DNA of 62,273 bases, the filler included, from Globobulimina sp. (taxonomy: Eukaryota): the NCBI GenBank assembly GCA_003354225.1. It is 20 parts of 20 records of this genome, joined end to end, with 100 filler letters (N's around TTAATTAATTAA, not from the genome) between each part and the next. Parts side by side here need not be neighbours in the genome. Positions count along the whole stretch, not along the records: positions 12,482 to 15,501 come from PIVH01003993.1; positions 15,602 to 18,620 come from PIVH01003994.1; positions 18,721 to 21,739 come from PIVH01003995.1; positions 21,840 to 24,858 come from PIVH01003996.1; positions 24,959 to 27,977 come from PIVH01003997.1; 15 more parts are not named here. The stretch is one strand, 5' to 3'. Under the pieces are notes generated by a model. It was not told the origin of the DNA. It ran no database searches and was given only the letters and a program-made list of their open reading frames with translations. This document shows, in pieces, positions 13,099-25,500 of the stretch. A program made the position numbers and the translations under genes. The stretch's first letter is position 1, and every line of letters starts with the position of its first letter.

Positions 13099-13380
13099 TA
13101 TAGTTCAACTTCAACATATAAGTGGAACCGTTGTAAATCAGCAAAAATAAATTAAGTGATTGCTATTTTTTTTTTGTTTGTTATTTTGACTTTTTTTTGT
13201 CAAAATATATGGTTTCCATGTTCAATGTTGTTTTTTTGTAATAGTATTTTTTTTGTGTGTTTTCGTTTTGACTTTGTCAATGTTATACAGTTTAATTCTT
13301 TAGCTCCAATTGTTTTATTTTTATTTGTTTTTGTGTTATAAAAATAAACTAGTAATAAACTAGTAGTTAAGTAGTAGTAT

Positions 13381-13622
13381 ACAAATTTGACTTAGTTTTT
13401 AGGTTCACACTCTAAACACTCTAAAGTTTTTTATGGGTTTGGGAGCCCCCAAGGATCCTAAAACATGAACGACAATGATTATGAAAATTAGTATAAACTT
13501 TTTTGCAGGACCGCGCTCGGGTCGCTGCCCCTAAATGTAGCCTAATGTGCAAAAAGCTTTAAAAAACTTAGTCAATCACAAAAGAAGTGTTTAGAAGTGT
13601 GAACCTAAATAGTCAAATGTGT
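13381..13622. mobile_element. Foldback / MITE-like element with imperfect ~40-bp terminal inverted repeats
   Basis: Left ACAAATTTGACT...TTAGGTTCACACTCTAAACACT vs reverse complement of right end ACACATTTGACTATTTAGGTTCACACTTCTAAACACT. Nested IRs AAGTTTTTTA/TAAAAAACTT and TTTTTGCA/TGCAAAAA. Confidence 0.55.
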
Positions 13623-13839
13623 TCCACATCTTGTCATTCAGGTATACCATGAAAACACATCGAGCAGACGGAGAAATAATTAAGTTTTTCAAATCACGCA
13701 TAAAATTAAAAACTTGCACACAACACACAAACTCAAAATAATCAGATCTGCTGCGTAAACTGTAGCAAATATGATATATAACATATACATATTGAAACAC
13801 ACAAAATACTTTAATTGTTGTTAACTTTGTACATATTTG

Positions 13840-15501
13840 TTAAAAATCAACAACAATTAATTCCTCTTCAGTTATTTTAGAAAGCGAATTGGTACCATCT
13901 TCCAAGTCTGGTTTCGGCGAATTGGTTGAATGTCTTTTAAGATATGATCTGAATTGAAATCCATAGATTGAAACACACAGTGTCCAACACTCAAGAATAG
14001 CAAAATGAAATACAACCAATAAATCATTGTATGATTTAAATTCATTTAATACTTGGTCATCACTTTTATTTTCAAATAATATTTGCAACCGATTAATTAC
14101 AGCAAAACTGACATTTATCTCTGTCTCAGAATCTCTACAACAAAATTGTTGATAAATCATTTTCATCGCACTGATAATACCTCGCTTACAAATCATATCA
14201 CCATTTCCATCACAAACAATTTCATTTTCAACCATGGCATGAATGTCCATATACATTTGTGACAAAAACGTAAATGTTAAATCATAACAGTTTGATGAAA
14301 ATATTTGTTCATTTTGTTCATTTTGTACCTGATGACAAACAGTATCCATCTTTTCATATTTCTTAATAACATGATATAAAATAATTGTCCTTTCTACAAA
14401 TAATAAATTTTCCAACGCAAAACATTCACTCAAATATCCAGCAAATAGAGTAAAATTTGCTATATCATCGTTTATAAATTGTGATAATGTCTTTTTTAAT
14501 GTATCTCTAATCACCGCCCTTAACACAGGCACTGATGATGCGGATCGTTGCTGTGTACCATGTCCAGCAACGCTTAAACCAGTTGTCTGCGATTCAGATA
14601 TCGAATGCATTGAAAACGACGATATCGGTAATGTTTGCGACTCCAAACCATTGCCAACTCTCTCAATCAAATTGATCGCTATAAATAACGTAAAAAATCC
14701 GTACAATGTGATGCAAATGAAACCGCCCCATAAATTTATCTCTATGTTCTATTTTAATTATATTCAAATGCAACCAAACAAAACAAATAAAGGTAATTTG
14801 TTGAAACCAAACTGTCGGAGCCCAGGTTTTACTGAACCCGCCAAATAAAAGCATTGCAAAATTAGTAGAAATTTGGACTGCGCATTCTTTCGAAATACCG
14901 ATGGAATCTGATACTTTCTGACGGAAAAGGTTTATGATAGAAATAATGCCAATTACTTGGGTAAAAACCATTGGTATCATGGCAGAAATAGATAAATAAC
15001 GCAATATTATGACTAATGTGGAGGTAATCAATATTATGACTAATATTGTTTTCGACCATAGATTATATTTTGTAAATGATTTGTTTTCTGTATTTTTGCG
15101 ATATGAAAAACACTAATTTAATATACAAAATTTGACTGATCAAAGTTACAAAAGTAACAAACCATTTGTGATAACCATATGCCTTGCTTTTGATGGTGCC
15201 ATTTCATTTAAATATTCTCTTGTTTTTAGAGTTCGGACAAAGAGTAAATGTGCGCGATAATATACCAAACCACTTATTGCGTTCACCATTGCAATTGAAA
15301 TTGTTGATATTGATGGAGCACATAGTGCTGCTTCAAAGATAGATAATAATTGTATAATTATTGCAAACGTAACAATTGTTACTGATATGATTGGCCAACG
15401 GTTACGAATCACAAAATGGGTGCGGTTTCGATACCATTTGAACATAAAATAAATATAAACAGGCCATGTAAACACCAAAATAACAACCATAAAAACGACT
15501 G
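13840..15501 (-). CDS. Multi-TM (7TM-like) receptor fused to a C-terminal RGS domain, 5' partial; intron 15113-15175 and a second junction near 14740-14830
   Basis: Several TM helices including the IRNRWP motif, then RGS motifs FAGYLSECFALENLLF and IYQQF....SETEINVS. Confidence 0.8.
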
Positions 15502-15601
15502 NNNNNNNNNNNNNNNNNNNNNNNNNNNNNNNNNNNNNNNNNNNNTTAATTAATTAANNNNNNNNNNNNNNNNNNNNNNNNNNNNNNNNNNNNNNNNNNN
15601 N

Positions 15602-16143
15602 AAATTATAAAATATATTGTCTGTGATTTGCCTTCCAATTCGACCCGGATAGGCATCATCTAATAAACCATAATTACAATGCTCAAACTCACAGTTATCT
15701 AAAATAAATTTATTTGATGAACCTAAGCTAGAATCTAAAGAAATGGCACGGTCTAAGTTTGTAAATGTTGAGTTACAAATTGTAGCGTTTCCAGTTTGTT
15801 CAATCGATATCATGCCGTTTCTTGATAAACTTTCGTTTGCATACACAAAAATAAGTAAATTAGGATCAATAATACCTACACTGCGATCATTCACAGCATC
15901 AACATCTTGACATCCAATAATTAAATTTCCTCGAATTGTGAGTTTATGATTTCCTTCAAATGATATATTTGTGTTGTTTGGAATGTGGAAAGTTACTCCT
16001 TGTTCGACCACTATGTCCTGATTTATAATATATTCTGTGAATGGTCGTAATGTTACGTCGGATGTATACATTTGATTCAATATTTCCGCTGCATACGTGG
16101 CATAAAACCAACATATTAAAAAAGCGATATACACTGTTGACAT
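15602..16143 (-). CDS. Secreted protein with right-handed beta-helix (pectin-lyase-like) repeats, 3' partial
   Basis: Signal peptide MSTVYIAFLICWFYATYA; DIVVEQGVTFHI, ICNSTF, LDNCEF, ITDNIFYN repeats. Confidence 0.62.
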
Positions 16144-16214
16144 GTTTCTATTGTTGTTGTGCGGACAAAAGAAGAACAACACTCTACTGACTATAAAGCA
16201 AAACTGTTGGTTAA

Positions 16215-17210
16215 TTATTCAACGACAACCAATGTGGTTTGATGTCCAGCAACAACTTTTACAATATTTTGATTTTCCTCAAAATGTGACAATGAAAGAC
16301 TTCTTGGTTTATGACATTCCAACCTTCCACCAATTCCACATTGATTATAATTATTATGTCCAAACGCATACAATGTTTGTAATGTGTTACTTATTAAAAC
16401 CGTATGATTTGCTGCCGAACCACCAATCACTTTATGTTTAAATACATGTGGAGTCTCCACAGAATCCCACGATTTTCCTCCTGTTCCATTTCCTATTTGT
16501 CCGTAAGCATTAGATCCAAATAAATAACATTTGCCATCCACACCAATAACACATGAATGGTTTTCACCGCATATCATCACTTTTATCTCTTTCTTCTCGA
16601 ACCGTGCAATCAATGTTGGATTATTTATTGATGCCTTGTCAGGAATACCTAATTGATGCGATGTATTTTTCCCAAACGCATATATTCGTTTTTTCAGTGT
16701 TAAAATTAAATTATGCGATGCACCACACTCAACATCCACGATAAAACTATCACATTCAATCTCTGTTGGTTTCAATATCAATGGTTGATCAGCAATGTTT
16801 TGATTGTGACTCATATCAATACCACACTGTCCAAATTCATTCGAACCGCAACTAAATATTTTGCCATTTTTTAATAAAAATAATGTATAATCATTTCCGC
16901 ACTCAATTTTATTGATTGCCACATTGCCACAAAATGCATTATCAAGTCTAATCGGAATATAATTATTGATTTTGTTGAGATTGATTGTGTAGTTATTTAT
17001 TTTGTTGCTATCAAATGTATTGTTTCCATATTGTCCCTTCAGGTTCGACCCAAAAGCGTAGATTTCATCATTTGCGTCAACAAAAATTGAATGCTGTGCA
17101 TAAACGCCATTGCTTATTACTTTTATATCATTGGTTTTATTTACATGTTGGAAGTGAGTGATTGCGGTGGTCGCAAATGTATTATAAGAGGCGCCATAAT
17201 TATTATATGT
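16215..17210 (-). CDS. RCC1/BLIP-II repeat beta-propeller protein with no in-frame ATG at its 5' end (missing exon or pseudogene)
   Basis: Repeats such as ECGNDYTLFL..GKIFSCGSNEFGQCG and CGENHS...FGSNAYGQIG. The frame is open from a TGA at 17213-17211. Confidence 0.82.
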   Translation of the reverse strand, partial: TYNNYGASYNTFATTAITHFQHVNKTNDIKVISNGVYAQHSIFVDANDEIYAFGSNLKGQYGNNTFDSNKINNYTINLNKINNYIPIRLDNAFCGNVAINKIECGNDYTLFLLKNGKIFSCGSNEFGQCGIDMSHNQNIADQPLILKPTEIECDSFIVDVECGASHNLILTLKKRIYAFGKNTSHQLGIPDKASINNPTLIARFEKKEIKVMICGENHSCVIGVDGKCYLFGSNAYGQIGNGTGGKSWDSVETPHVFKHKVIGGSAANHTVLISNTLQTLYAFGHNNYNQCGIGGRLECHKPRSLSLSHFEENQNIVKVVAGHQTTLVVVE

Positions 17211-17304
17211 TCAAATGACTTCAATATTACCACAAATCGAAAATTAAGAGTTTGAGAAAGGATATAATTAAATATATACACATTGTTTGAAATCATTTCT
17301 CAAC

Positions 17305-18300
17305 TCACCACCTTCGTCGCTTCTCCATTGATAGGAAATCATTTGGTATCTCAAGCTTTAATTCATTCCTAAAAAACAAAAATAATATCTTTCCAATGTC
17401 ATTAACATTTATATTATACCATTTTGCGATTTGTTTTCCATGATTATTAAATTTATAATGTTGACCTCGAAATAACTTTTTATGACTCAATTGATAGCCA
17501 ATCAACAATGTCTTCAATGTTTGGATTTGGTATTTTGAAAATTTCTGTCCAAACTCCAATGATTCTTTTGTTTTTTTGAGATATTTTTTTGAATTCACTT
17601 TTTTATACATTTCGCCATTGCCATATATAGTCCATAACGAATAAATGGTGGGATATCGTTCATCGTCATCTATTTGACTCCAATCACACAGCAAATCATT
17701 ATACTCATAATATCCAAATACAATATTCATTAATGATAACGGTAGAATACAACGCTTGTTTTCAGTTTCTTCATTTCTTGTCATTTCTGCTTCTTCTCTC
17801 TGTCGTTTCTGCTTCAATTCATATTTTATTTTATCCTCTCTCTCTTTAATCAATTTTTTAATCGTTTCCATCGCTACTTTTTCTTGTTCCATTTTTCTTT
17901 GTCTTTCTCTCCATCGCTCTTCGTGTTTCTCCATTTCTCTCCATTTTGCTTGTTCTTGTTGTTCTTGCTGTGATATTGCTTCTTGTTTTGGTTTTGGTTT
18001 TGGTTTCGATGGTTTTGAATTCTTTTCAATTTGCGCCTCATTGACAGGTCCAGGTCCTACAGATGATACAGATATGCATGAACCAGGAAGTCCAGGATTA
18101 CGATGCCAGAAACTGCATATTTTGGAGAGGGATGATTTTTTTATAGGTTGCACAACTTGATTTAATGCACGTTTTCTGACTTCAATTTGTAATAAATTCA
18201 ATTTTTGTGATAATTTTTGCAATTTGTCATAGGCGATTGATTCTTGACCAAGTATGCCATCAATACTGGACGAGAGGAGGATTTGTAGAGTAGTTGTCAT
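17305..18300 (-). CDS. Hypothetical protein with a charged coiled-coil
   Basis: 331-aa ORF with ATG start and an E/K/R/Q-rich middle region. Confidence 0.55.
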   Translation of the reverse strand: MTTTLQILLSSSIDGILGQESIAYDKLQKLSQKLNLLQIEVRKRALNQVVQPIKKSSLSKICSFWHRNPGLPGSCISVSSVGPGPVNEAQIEKNSKPSKPKPKPKQEAISQQEQQEQAKWREMEKHEERWRERQRKMEQEKVAMETIKKLIKEREDKIKYELKQKRQREEAEMTRNEETENKRCILPLSLMNIVFGYYEYNDLLCDWSQIDDDERYPTIYSLWTIYGNGEMYKKVNSKKYLKKTKESLEFGQKFSKYQIQTLKTLLIGYQLSHKKLFRGQHYKFNNHGKQIAKWYNINVNDIGKILFLFFRNELKLEIPNDFLSMEKRRRW

Positions 18301-18720
18301 TATTAAACAAAAATTTTGCTTTGTTTTTTTGTATTTGATGTGTTTGGGTTTATTCGCACGTTATTTAATAATAATAAATGCATCAAATCCGTGTCATTTT
18401 GTGTGAACAAAAATAATATTTACAAACAACACAAAATTAAAACAAACCAAGCAAACAATCACATACTACATTCAAAACCAGCGGCAACCGCTGGACCATT
18501 TGTAAAGTAATTAGTTGTTATTTACATTCAATTTTTATTTTCTTTAATACAAATTGTGTTAATCACATTCATATTTTACGAATATTTAATTTAATTTTTT
18601 TGTATATTTATTGTTATTTANNNNNNNNNNNNNNNNNNNNNNNNNNNNNNNNNNNNNNNNNNNNTTAATTAATTAANNNNNNNNNNNNNNNNNNNNNNNN
18701 NNNNNNNNNNNNNNNNNNNN

Positions 18721-21632
18721 CTAATTCGCCACTTGCATAACTACGAAATAACTCCCTTCCTATATAGATATTATATTTAATTGAGCTTTAGAAAGAATTT
18801 CAAAATACAAACAAAACCTGGCAATGTAACATTTGCTGTAATATGAATCTGATCGCCGTCCTCAAAGGTAACAGTAACCGCAGTTTGCGGGCTCACTCGT
18901 TTCACGAATGCTTGGTAGAATTTATTTGACGAAGTAAGTATTGTTTTAGCATCATTGGGAAACTGAGTAGCCACAATCCTCTCCAATAAGGAGAAGATAT
19001 TATATATTGTGGCTGCAATATCTCTACAACTCAACGATGATGAGGCCAATATGCTATCCATTAATGCCAATGTTATAGCAACTTGTTGTTCATTTACTTG
19101 ATCGCCACGAAATACCTGCTGCGGTGTTAATATTCCACTGAAAATACTGCTTTTATTTACACACTTTGCGTCCTGATCAGTATTGTTTGTACCATTATTA
19201 ATATTACTGCTACATAATGGTAATTTATTTTGTGTCAACACATCGCATCCACTCCATATCCTATCCAAAATGGTAGAGAATATATCGTTTGATTGTATTG
19301 ACAAATCATCGCCAACCAAATCAATCGCAGTTACTAAGCGTTGTTGTAAAATTGTTGTTTCTTGAACGCATGAATCAAAATCAACTGTGACCGTTTCTAA
19401 GGCGGTGGCAAAGGCATCAACAATGTCACTGAAACATGTCGACGTAGACGTGGATGGCGACACTGTGGTTGTTATATTTGTGGCGTTATGGCTGGCAATG
19501 ATATCATCATTGTTTAAATTCAATTTGTTTATAGTTGTGGTTGTAATATCAAATACATTCAACACACGATTATAGTCTTTGACTGAAGCAGCAGTTTCAA
19601 ACAATGGCTGTACGATATTATTATAAAAAGCATGACAGCTGATATTGGTATCAATATTATGATTTACTGTGTAATATTGGCGTTGTGAGGTGACGCCACC
19701 ACACAAATCATACACAAATGCAGTTATTATCAAATCACCTTCAGGTAAATATATATTCGTCACTTCATTACTGCTCATTATCGCTGTCAACGCCACATTA
19801 TCTGCGTCATCATACGATATATTATCATACCGCCAGAAGAATTGATATGTATTTGGCTCGTAATTGGAAAATGATTCGAGCAGAAAGCTATACGTTTGCT
19901 CAATTGTGTTATCGTTGTTATTGTCTGGAAGCGTAATGTCAAACTTTGTAATTGTCGGTGCATCGTTCACTGCAATGTCTATTGTCGAGGTAGTGGTGGT
20001 CTGATCGCTCAAAGTGACACTCAGCGCGAATACATAGCTAATATACGGCTGGATAAATCCGCGTGGAATCAACAAACGATTCTCGAATCTCTCCAAAGAC
20101 CTAATATCTAAATAATTGGTTGTTTCATCCCAATAATATTCATCAATGGTTATGCTGCCGTCTGTATTTTCAATGTCTATTTCGACCATGGCGAATAACT
20201 CGATATCATTGTTCTCATTTATACAATAACTGTCTCGCCATATTGCTACACTTAAACCAGAATCCACTGCGGATATTACAACCGAGTCTGAGTCCGACGC
20301 AGTATTCTCTCCGTAATCTATATCGAGCGCAAATTTATAATAGCAACCTGACTGCAACATATTTGCTGCAATATTTAATAATGACTCACCTGTTACAATC
20401 GAAGGACAATCACAGTCCATGGCAGCGGTGGAGAAGTATGTCGTGCTCGACATTGCTAATAACCGTCTGCTATTTGCTATATATGCACTATTATTAACTG
20501 AGCTGCAGTTCCATTGGATATTTGCATTTGCAATGGAACCATCCATCGAAGACCATGAATAACTCAACGATTCGCCATCTAAAAGCAATGGATTCCGTAT
20601 TAATTGCACTGCATTGCCACCAGCAATGGACGCGATAATCGAAGCTGATATGATCTCAACCGTTAGCTCGCCATACGAGGGAGCAATTAATTCGCCATTA
20701 TCTGAGGATACATTACAATTAAAAGTATATGAATGACCGACTAACATTAAACCCGATGGGATATAAAATTCATTCGCATGTTGTACCATGGCAGTATTTA
20801 CTTTCTTGTCCGCCGCAGTACATTTTATGTCAAATATATACAATGTCTCATCAAAATGACACGCGGTGTGCGAGATAGAGACGATAAAAGTGAATGGTTG
20901 GCTGTAGATCCATTGCGCTGCACCAAATACATTCACATCTGGCGAGGGCAAATCTAATTTATTCACTTCAAATATTTTTATGGCTGAGGTTAACAAATAA
21001 GTATGGACTTGGATAGTAATTGTTATTTTGCCAGCATATGGAATGTCAATTGGCTGCAATGTTAATTCTGCAGTTTGTCCGGTTGAATATGTTTGCGTTT
21101 TTATGCCGTTACGTATTATCCAGATCCAATCATAGACTCTGTATGTTATATCTGTCGAAGAGTGTGCTGAGATTTTAAAAGTATCGCATGAAGCAATGGT
21201 TGTTGCCACAGTGGAATCGATATTAATTTGGGTATTGGGAAGGATTTGAGGTGGATTTACAACTAATGTTATGGACATATTTGAACATGAAAATGCATTT
21301 GCTGTTAATGTTAATGACTCAGTATTTGCTTGAATGGTGGCGGTCGATGATAAGTCAATTAATAATGTAGAATTCACTGAATTTTCTTCTAAAATTGAGT
21401 TGAAAGAGCATGTTGAGTCAGATAATAATTGTATTGACTCTGTATCAAAATAGTTATTGCATAATGATGGATAATCCAATAAATTGGTGGTGTCAACTTT
21501 TCTATTGAATCGAATGTATAGTTGTTGACCGTTATTCGAAAATATTATCTGTGTTGCACTGCATGATTGACAATGGCCCAATTGCAATAAATTAGATAGG
21601 ATGCATATGAACAGAAAAAAGAAAGACGTCAT
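18721..21632 (-). CDS. REJ-domain (polycystin-1/PKDREJ-like) cell-surface protein, 3' partial; intron 18760-18817
   Basis: Signal peptide; REJ-like motifs ASIAGG...LLLDGESLSY, QWNC, VNDAP, YQF, LPEG...VYDLCG. A 58-nt GT-AG intron keeps the frame open to the contig end. Confidence 0.75.
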
Positions 21633-21839
21633 TATGTTAATTCGAGGTTTTTCAAGTGAAGCTTTATTAATTTAAATATTAATAATTAATAATAATTTAT
21701 ATTTACAAACAAAACTATAATTTAAATAATAAGCAATAANNNNNNNNNNNNNNNNNNNNNNNNNNNNNNNNNNNNNNNNNNNNTTAATTAATTAANNNNN
21801 NNNNNNNNNNNNNNNNNNNNNNNNNNNNNNNNNNNNNNN

Positions 21840-22815
21840 TATCAATCATTTTTTTATGAAACCGAGTGGTAAATTGATAAAATGCTTTTTTATTTTCAAA
21901 TGTTTGCTCATTTTCAACCTGACGAATAATACCATTCTTAATTAGTTTCTGTCCCAATTTCACGGCTTCCGCTTCATTTGCAGCTAAATCCAAATCTAAA
22001 ATTTCTTCAACAGCATCACATCCAACAAAACAATTTTGATAAGTTCGTAACTTCGACTTTCTCTTTTTTTTTACCAATGTCTTCTCCAATATGGCAGCTT
22101 GCAAATCCAATGCTAAATCGGTGGTTTTTCGCCGACGGGTTGTGCGGTTAAATGTATTTTGTATTTGTTGAATCCAGCTCTCTCTCTCTTTATCGCTCTC
22201 AGCACATAATATCCATATTCTTTTTGCCGTTTTCAACCGGAAAATATATTTATATTTCTGGTGATCATTGTGTACAATGCCTTCATTCATCGATGATACC
22301 TGATTTAAATGGATTGTTCCTAAATATTTGGTTTGCTCGAAATCCTCATAGTATTTTATATTGCCTTTACTTAATACAAAATATCTCTGCTTCCATTGTT
22401 TATTTTTATTGCCTTTCTTATTCAACCAGCCATGTTTTATAATGCAACCATAGGTATATTTATGTAGCATATGCAGCCAAGTGATGAATGATTCTGTATC
22501 AATTCCGGCAAATACATATTTTCTGCGCTTTGTGTCAATTAAAAACGAATATTTTTTGTCTGATCTGGTGGTTGAATTTATTAGTATACTTTGTGGTAAT
22601 TCGTTTATTTTCAAATCATAATCGCTAATTACTTCCACTGCATATACTTCGGATATTGATATTGTTCCCAATAATGTATTGCTCATTTTTTTGCCATAAT
22701 ATTGTAAAAATACATTACCGTCATTACGTTTCGTTAATTTACAATATCTAGTCTTCCAGGCTCGATTTACTTTACCTTTTTTTTGCAATACGCCTTCGAA
22801 TAAAACAGTTGACAT
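21840..22815 (-). CDS. PH-PH-DEP signalling protein, 3' partial
   Basis: Two PH domains (EGVLQKKG..NRAWKTRY; HGWLNKKG..KQWKQRYFVL...ERESWIQ) then DEP (TYQNCFVGCDAV...EAVKLGQKLI..GII...FYQF). Confidence 0.85.
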
Positions 22816-23353
22816 TACCGGTTAGGAAGTTGATTTTTGAAAAACGTTGCCGTAAACTACTAGACAGACTAGTCAAATCTATGTTGGTTTTCGGGATTAC
22901 AATCATTTGGAAAACAGCAGGAAACAATTAACAATCCATTAGCCACCCCACCATTTGAATTATAATTAAAATAAACAGATACAGTATACCGCCAGAAACG
23001 GATGTGATTATATTATTTTTATATCCATGTCCAGAGAATTCTTCTTCTAAACTATCAATATTTGCGGCAGCCAATTTTCTCTCTCATAAATGCTTCAATT
23101 TCTTTCTCTGTCCAATCATATTTCTCTCTCATCTTTTTTTTTGGAAACAACTCCCAATTCAACAAAGATGAATATTTGCATAATCTCTATCGATTCCAAA
23201 CAGATCTCTGCAATGCACATTGGCTCCGGGATTGTCAACCTTGTCATCATCACATGCCACACCAATACATATACACTACCAACTGTGTTCCGTCCGATTT
23301 GTTCGTAGTTTAATAAATTTGTGTAAAAAACAAACCGAAAACGTTCACAGAAA

Positions 23354-24701
23354 ATGAACAATGCTGTCAGGAAAAGACGATCCCAACTATTAGTAAGTGG
23401 ATACGTTAGAAAATGTAGCACTCCATACATCCATACAGATATTATTAGTGTCATTCATGCATTCCATTATTATATTTTATTGCTATATTCTATTGGTGCG
23501 AATGCAAAGGGCCAACAAGGTAATGGAGGAAATGAAGACCTTGGAAAAATAACAAAAATAAAAACATTTAAAAAAGAAATAAAAAATATTGTCACTTGTT
23601 ATGAAGCAGCATATATTTTATTTGATGATGGAACGTATGAATGTTGCGGCAATAATGAAGAGGGTGTATTAGGTGTTGGCCATTATAATAATATTAATAT
23701 ATGGCATCAAATAAAAGATATGAACATAAAAAATATATTTGCAGCACCAAACGAATCAAGACACTCATTTTGTATTTCAAATGAGAATAAATTATATGCG
23801 GTCGGAGTGAATAATTATAATCAGTTTGGTGTAAAAACAAATGAAGAAAATAATAATAATAATAATAATAATAATCAATGGACACCAATTAATACATCAT
23901 TATCGATTCAAAAAATAGCCACAGCCGGGTGGCATACAACATTTTTAAGTGCAAATGGTAAAATATATGTTGCTGGTAATGATGATGGTGATGGTGGTTT
24001 AGGATTAGGTGAAGATATTGAATCATCCCCAAATATTCAACAAATTCAAATAAAAATAAAATTTAAGGATATATGTTGTGGAGAATCTCATACCTTAACA
24101 ATTGATGATAATTATGGTGTTTGGTCGTGGGGATATGGTGACTATGGCAGTTTAGGCCATGGAGATGATATTAATAGATATTTGCCAACAAGAATAGAAT
24201 ATTTTATTCAAAACAATATTAAAATTGGTAAAATATGCTGTGGTTTTGAACATAATATATTATTATCATTAAATAACAAAGTTTTGATCTTTTTGTGTTG
24301 TGTTTATTTATTTTTATATTGGTAACATGTTGTTATAAAATCTGAAAATGTAATAAATATATAAGATATATTGTTTTGGAGGGAATTGGTGGTATCAATG
24401 TGGTAATGGTTCATTTGGAACTGTATATTTACCGCAGCCAAATGAAACGTTAAAAAATGATACAATTATTGATATTAAATGTGGTTCAAATCATAATATT
24501 ATTAAGACAGCCGGTAATGAATATTATTTATGGGGATATAATAATTATAATCAATGTTTATATGTTCGTGATGCCAATCCGCCACAATATATTAAGAGAC
24601 CATTATTATTTAATTCAAATTATTTTGATAAACATGAAGAAATTCTTGAAATGTATCCTGGATATAATGAAACCAGAATGATAATTTTTAGTGACATTTG
24701 A
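23354..24701 (+). CDS. RCC1-repeat protein with N-terminal LLVSGYVR motif; intron 24281-24365
   Basis: About seven RCC1 repeats (e.g. CCGESHTL...VWSWGYGDYGSLGHG). An 85-nt GT-AG intron restores NK|IYCFGGN, and the stop is at 24699-24701. Confidence 0.9.
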
Positions 24702-24958
24702 ATTGTAGCTCTTTTGTATCAAGCGTTTTATAACAACATCATACCCCATCAGAAAAGTTCCTAATTAACTTTTTTGGCTTAGTTTCGTTTCGTTTCGTTT
24801 CATTTCAACGATTAGAAAAGTTTTTGGTTAGCTAGAGTGGTTTTCAACTTTGAATACTNNNNNNNNNNNNNNNNNNNNNNNNNNNNNNNNNNNNNNNNNN
24901 NNTTAATTAATTAANNNNNNNNNNNNNNNNNNNNNNNNNNNNNNNNNNNNNNNNNNNN

Positions 24959-25367
24959 ATTATAAATAACAAAGTTTTGATCTTTTTGTGTTGTGTTTTG
25001 TCTGTCATATACAAATATATTTTAATAAATAAATAAGATATATTGTTTTGGAGACAATCGGGGGTATCAATGTGGTAATGTTTCAGATAAAACTGTATAT
25101 TTACCACAACCAAATGAAACATTAAAAGAGGAAACAATTATCGATATTAAATGTGGTGGACATCATAATATTATTAAAACAGTGGCTAATCAATATTATT
25201 TATGGGGATATAATGGATATAATCAATGTTTATATGTTCATGATGCCAATCCTCCGCAATATATTAAGAAACCATTATTATTTAATTCCAATTATTTTGA
25301 TAAAGATGAAGAAATAATTGATATACATCCTGGATTTGATGAAACACGAATAATAATTGGTAAATAA
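24959..25367 (+). CDS. 3' end of a close paralog of the preceding RCC1 gene; intron 24974-25037
   Basis: Near-identical to 24270-24690, with the same intron position and the same first ~25 nt of the intron. Confidence 0.85.
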
Positions 25368-25500
25368 AATAATATAAAGTCATTTTACTTTCAAAAAAAA
25401 AAAAATTTTATGATTTTTTTAATATGACTGTTTTTTGCTATGCATAAACATTGTACATGAACGATATATTCAAAAAGATAACTCTCCTTCATGTTCACTG

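Noticed and set aside
17211-17310. Splicing of ORF 17305-18300 (GTGAGT at its end) onto the RCC1 exon, or TGA read-through at 17211
   Set aside because: No nearby phase-compatible acceptor, and further stops lie upstream. TGA, TAA and TAG all end conserved genes elsewhere, so there is no sign of a variant code.
23040-23313. Possible BTB/T1-domain remnant (TINICGSQF...QSYFSLIF)
   Set aside because: The similarity is too short and is broken by stops and frameshifts.
24782-24806. (GTTTC)n, plus (CATTTC)3 near 9397 and (AAT)n near 23850
   Set aside because: Ordinary microsatellites.
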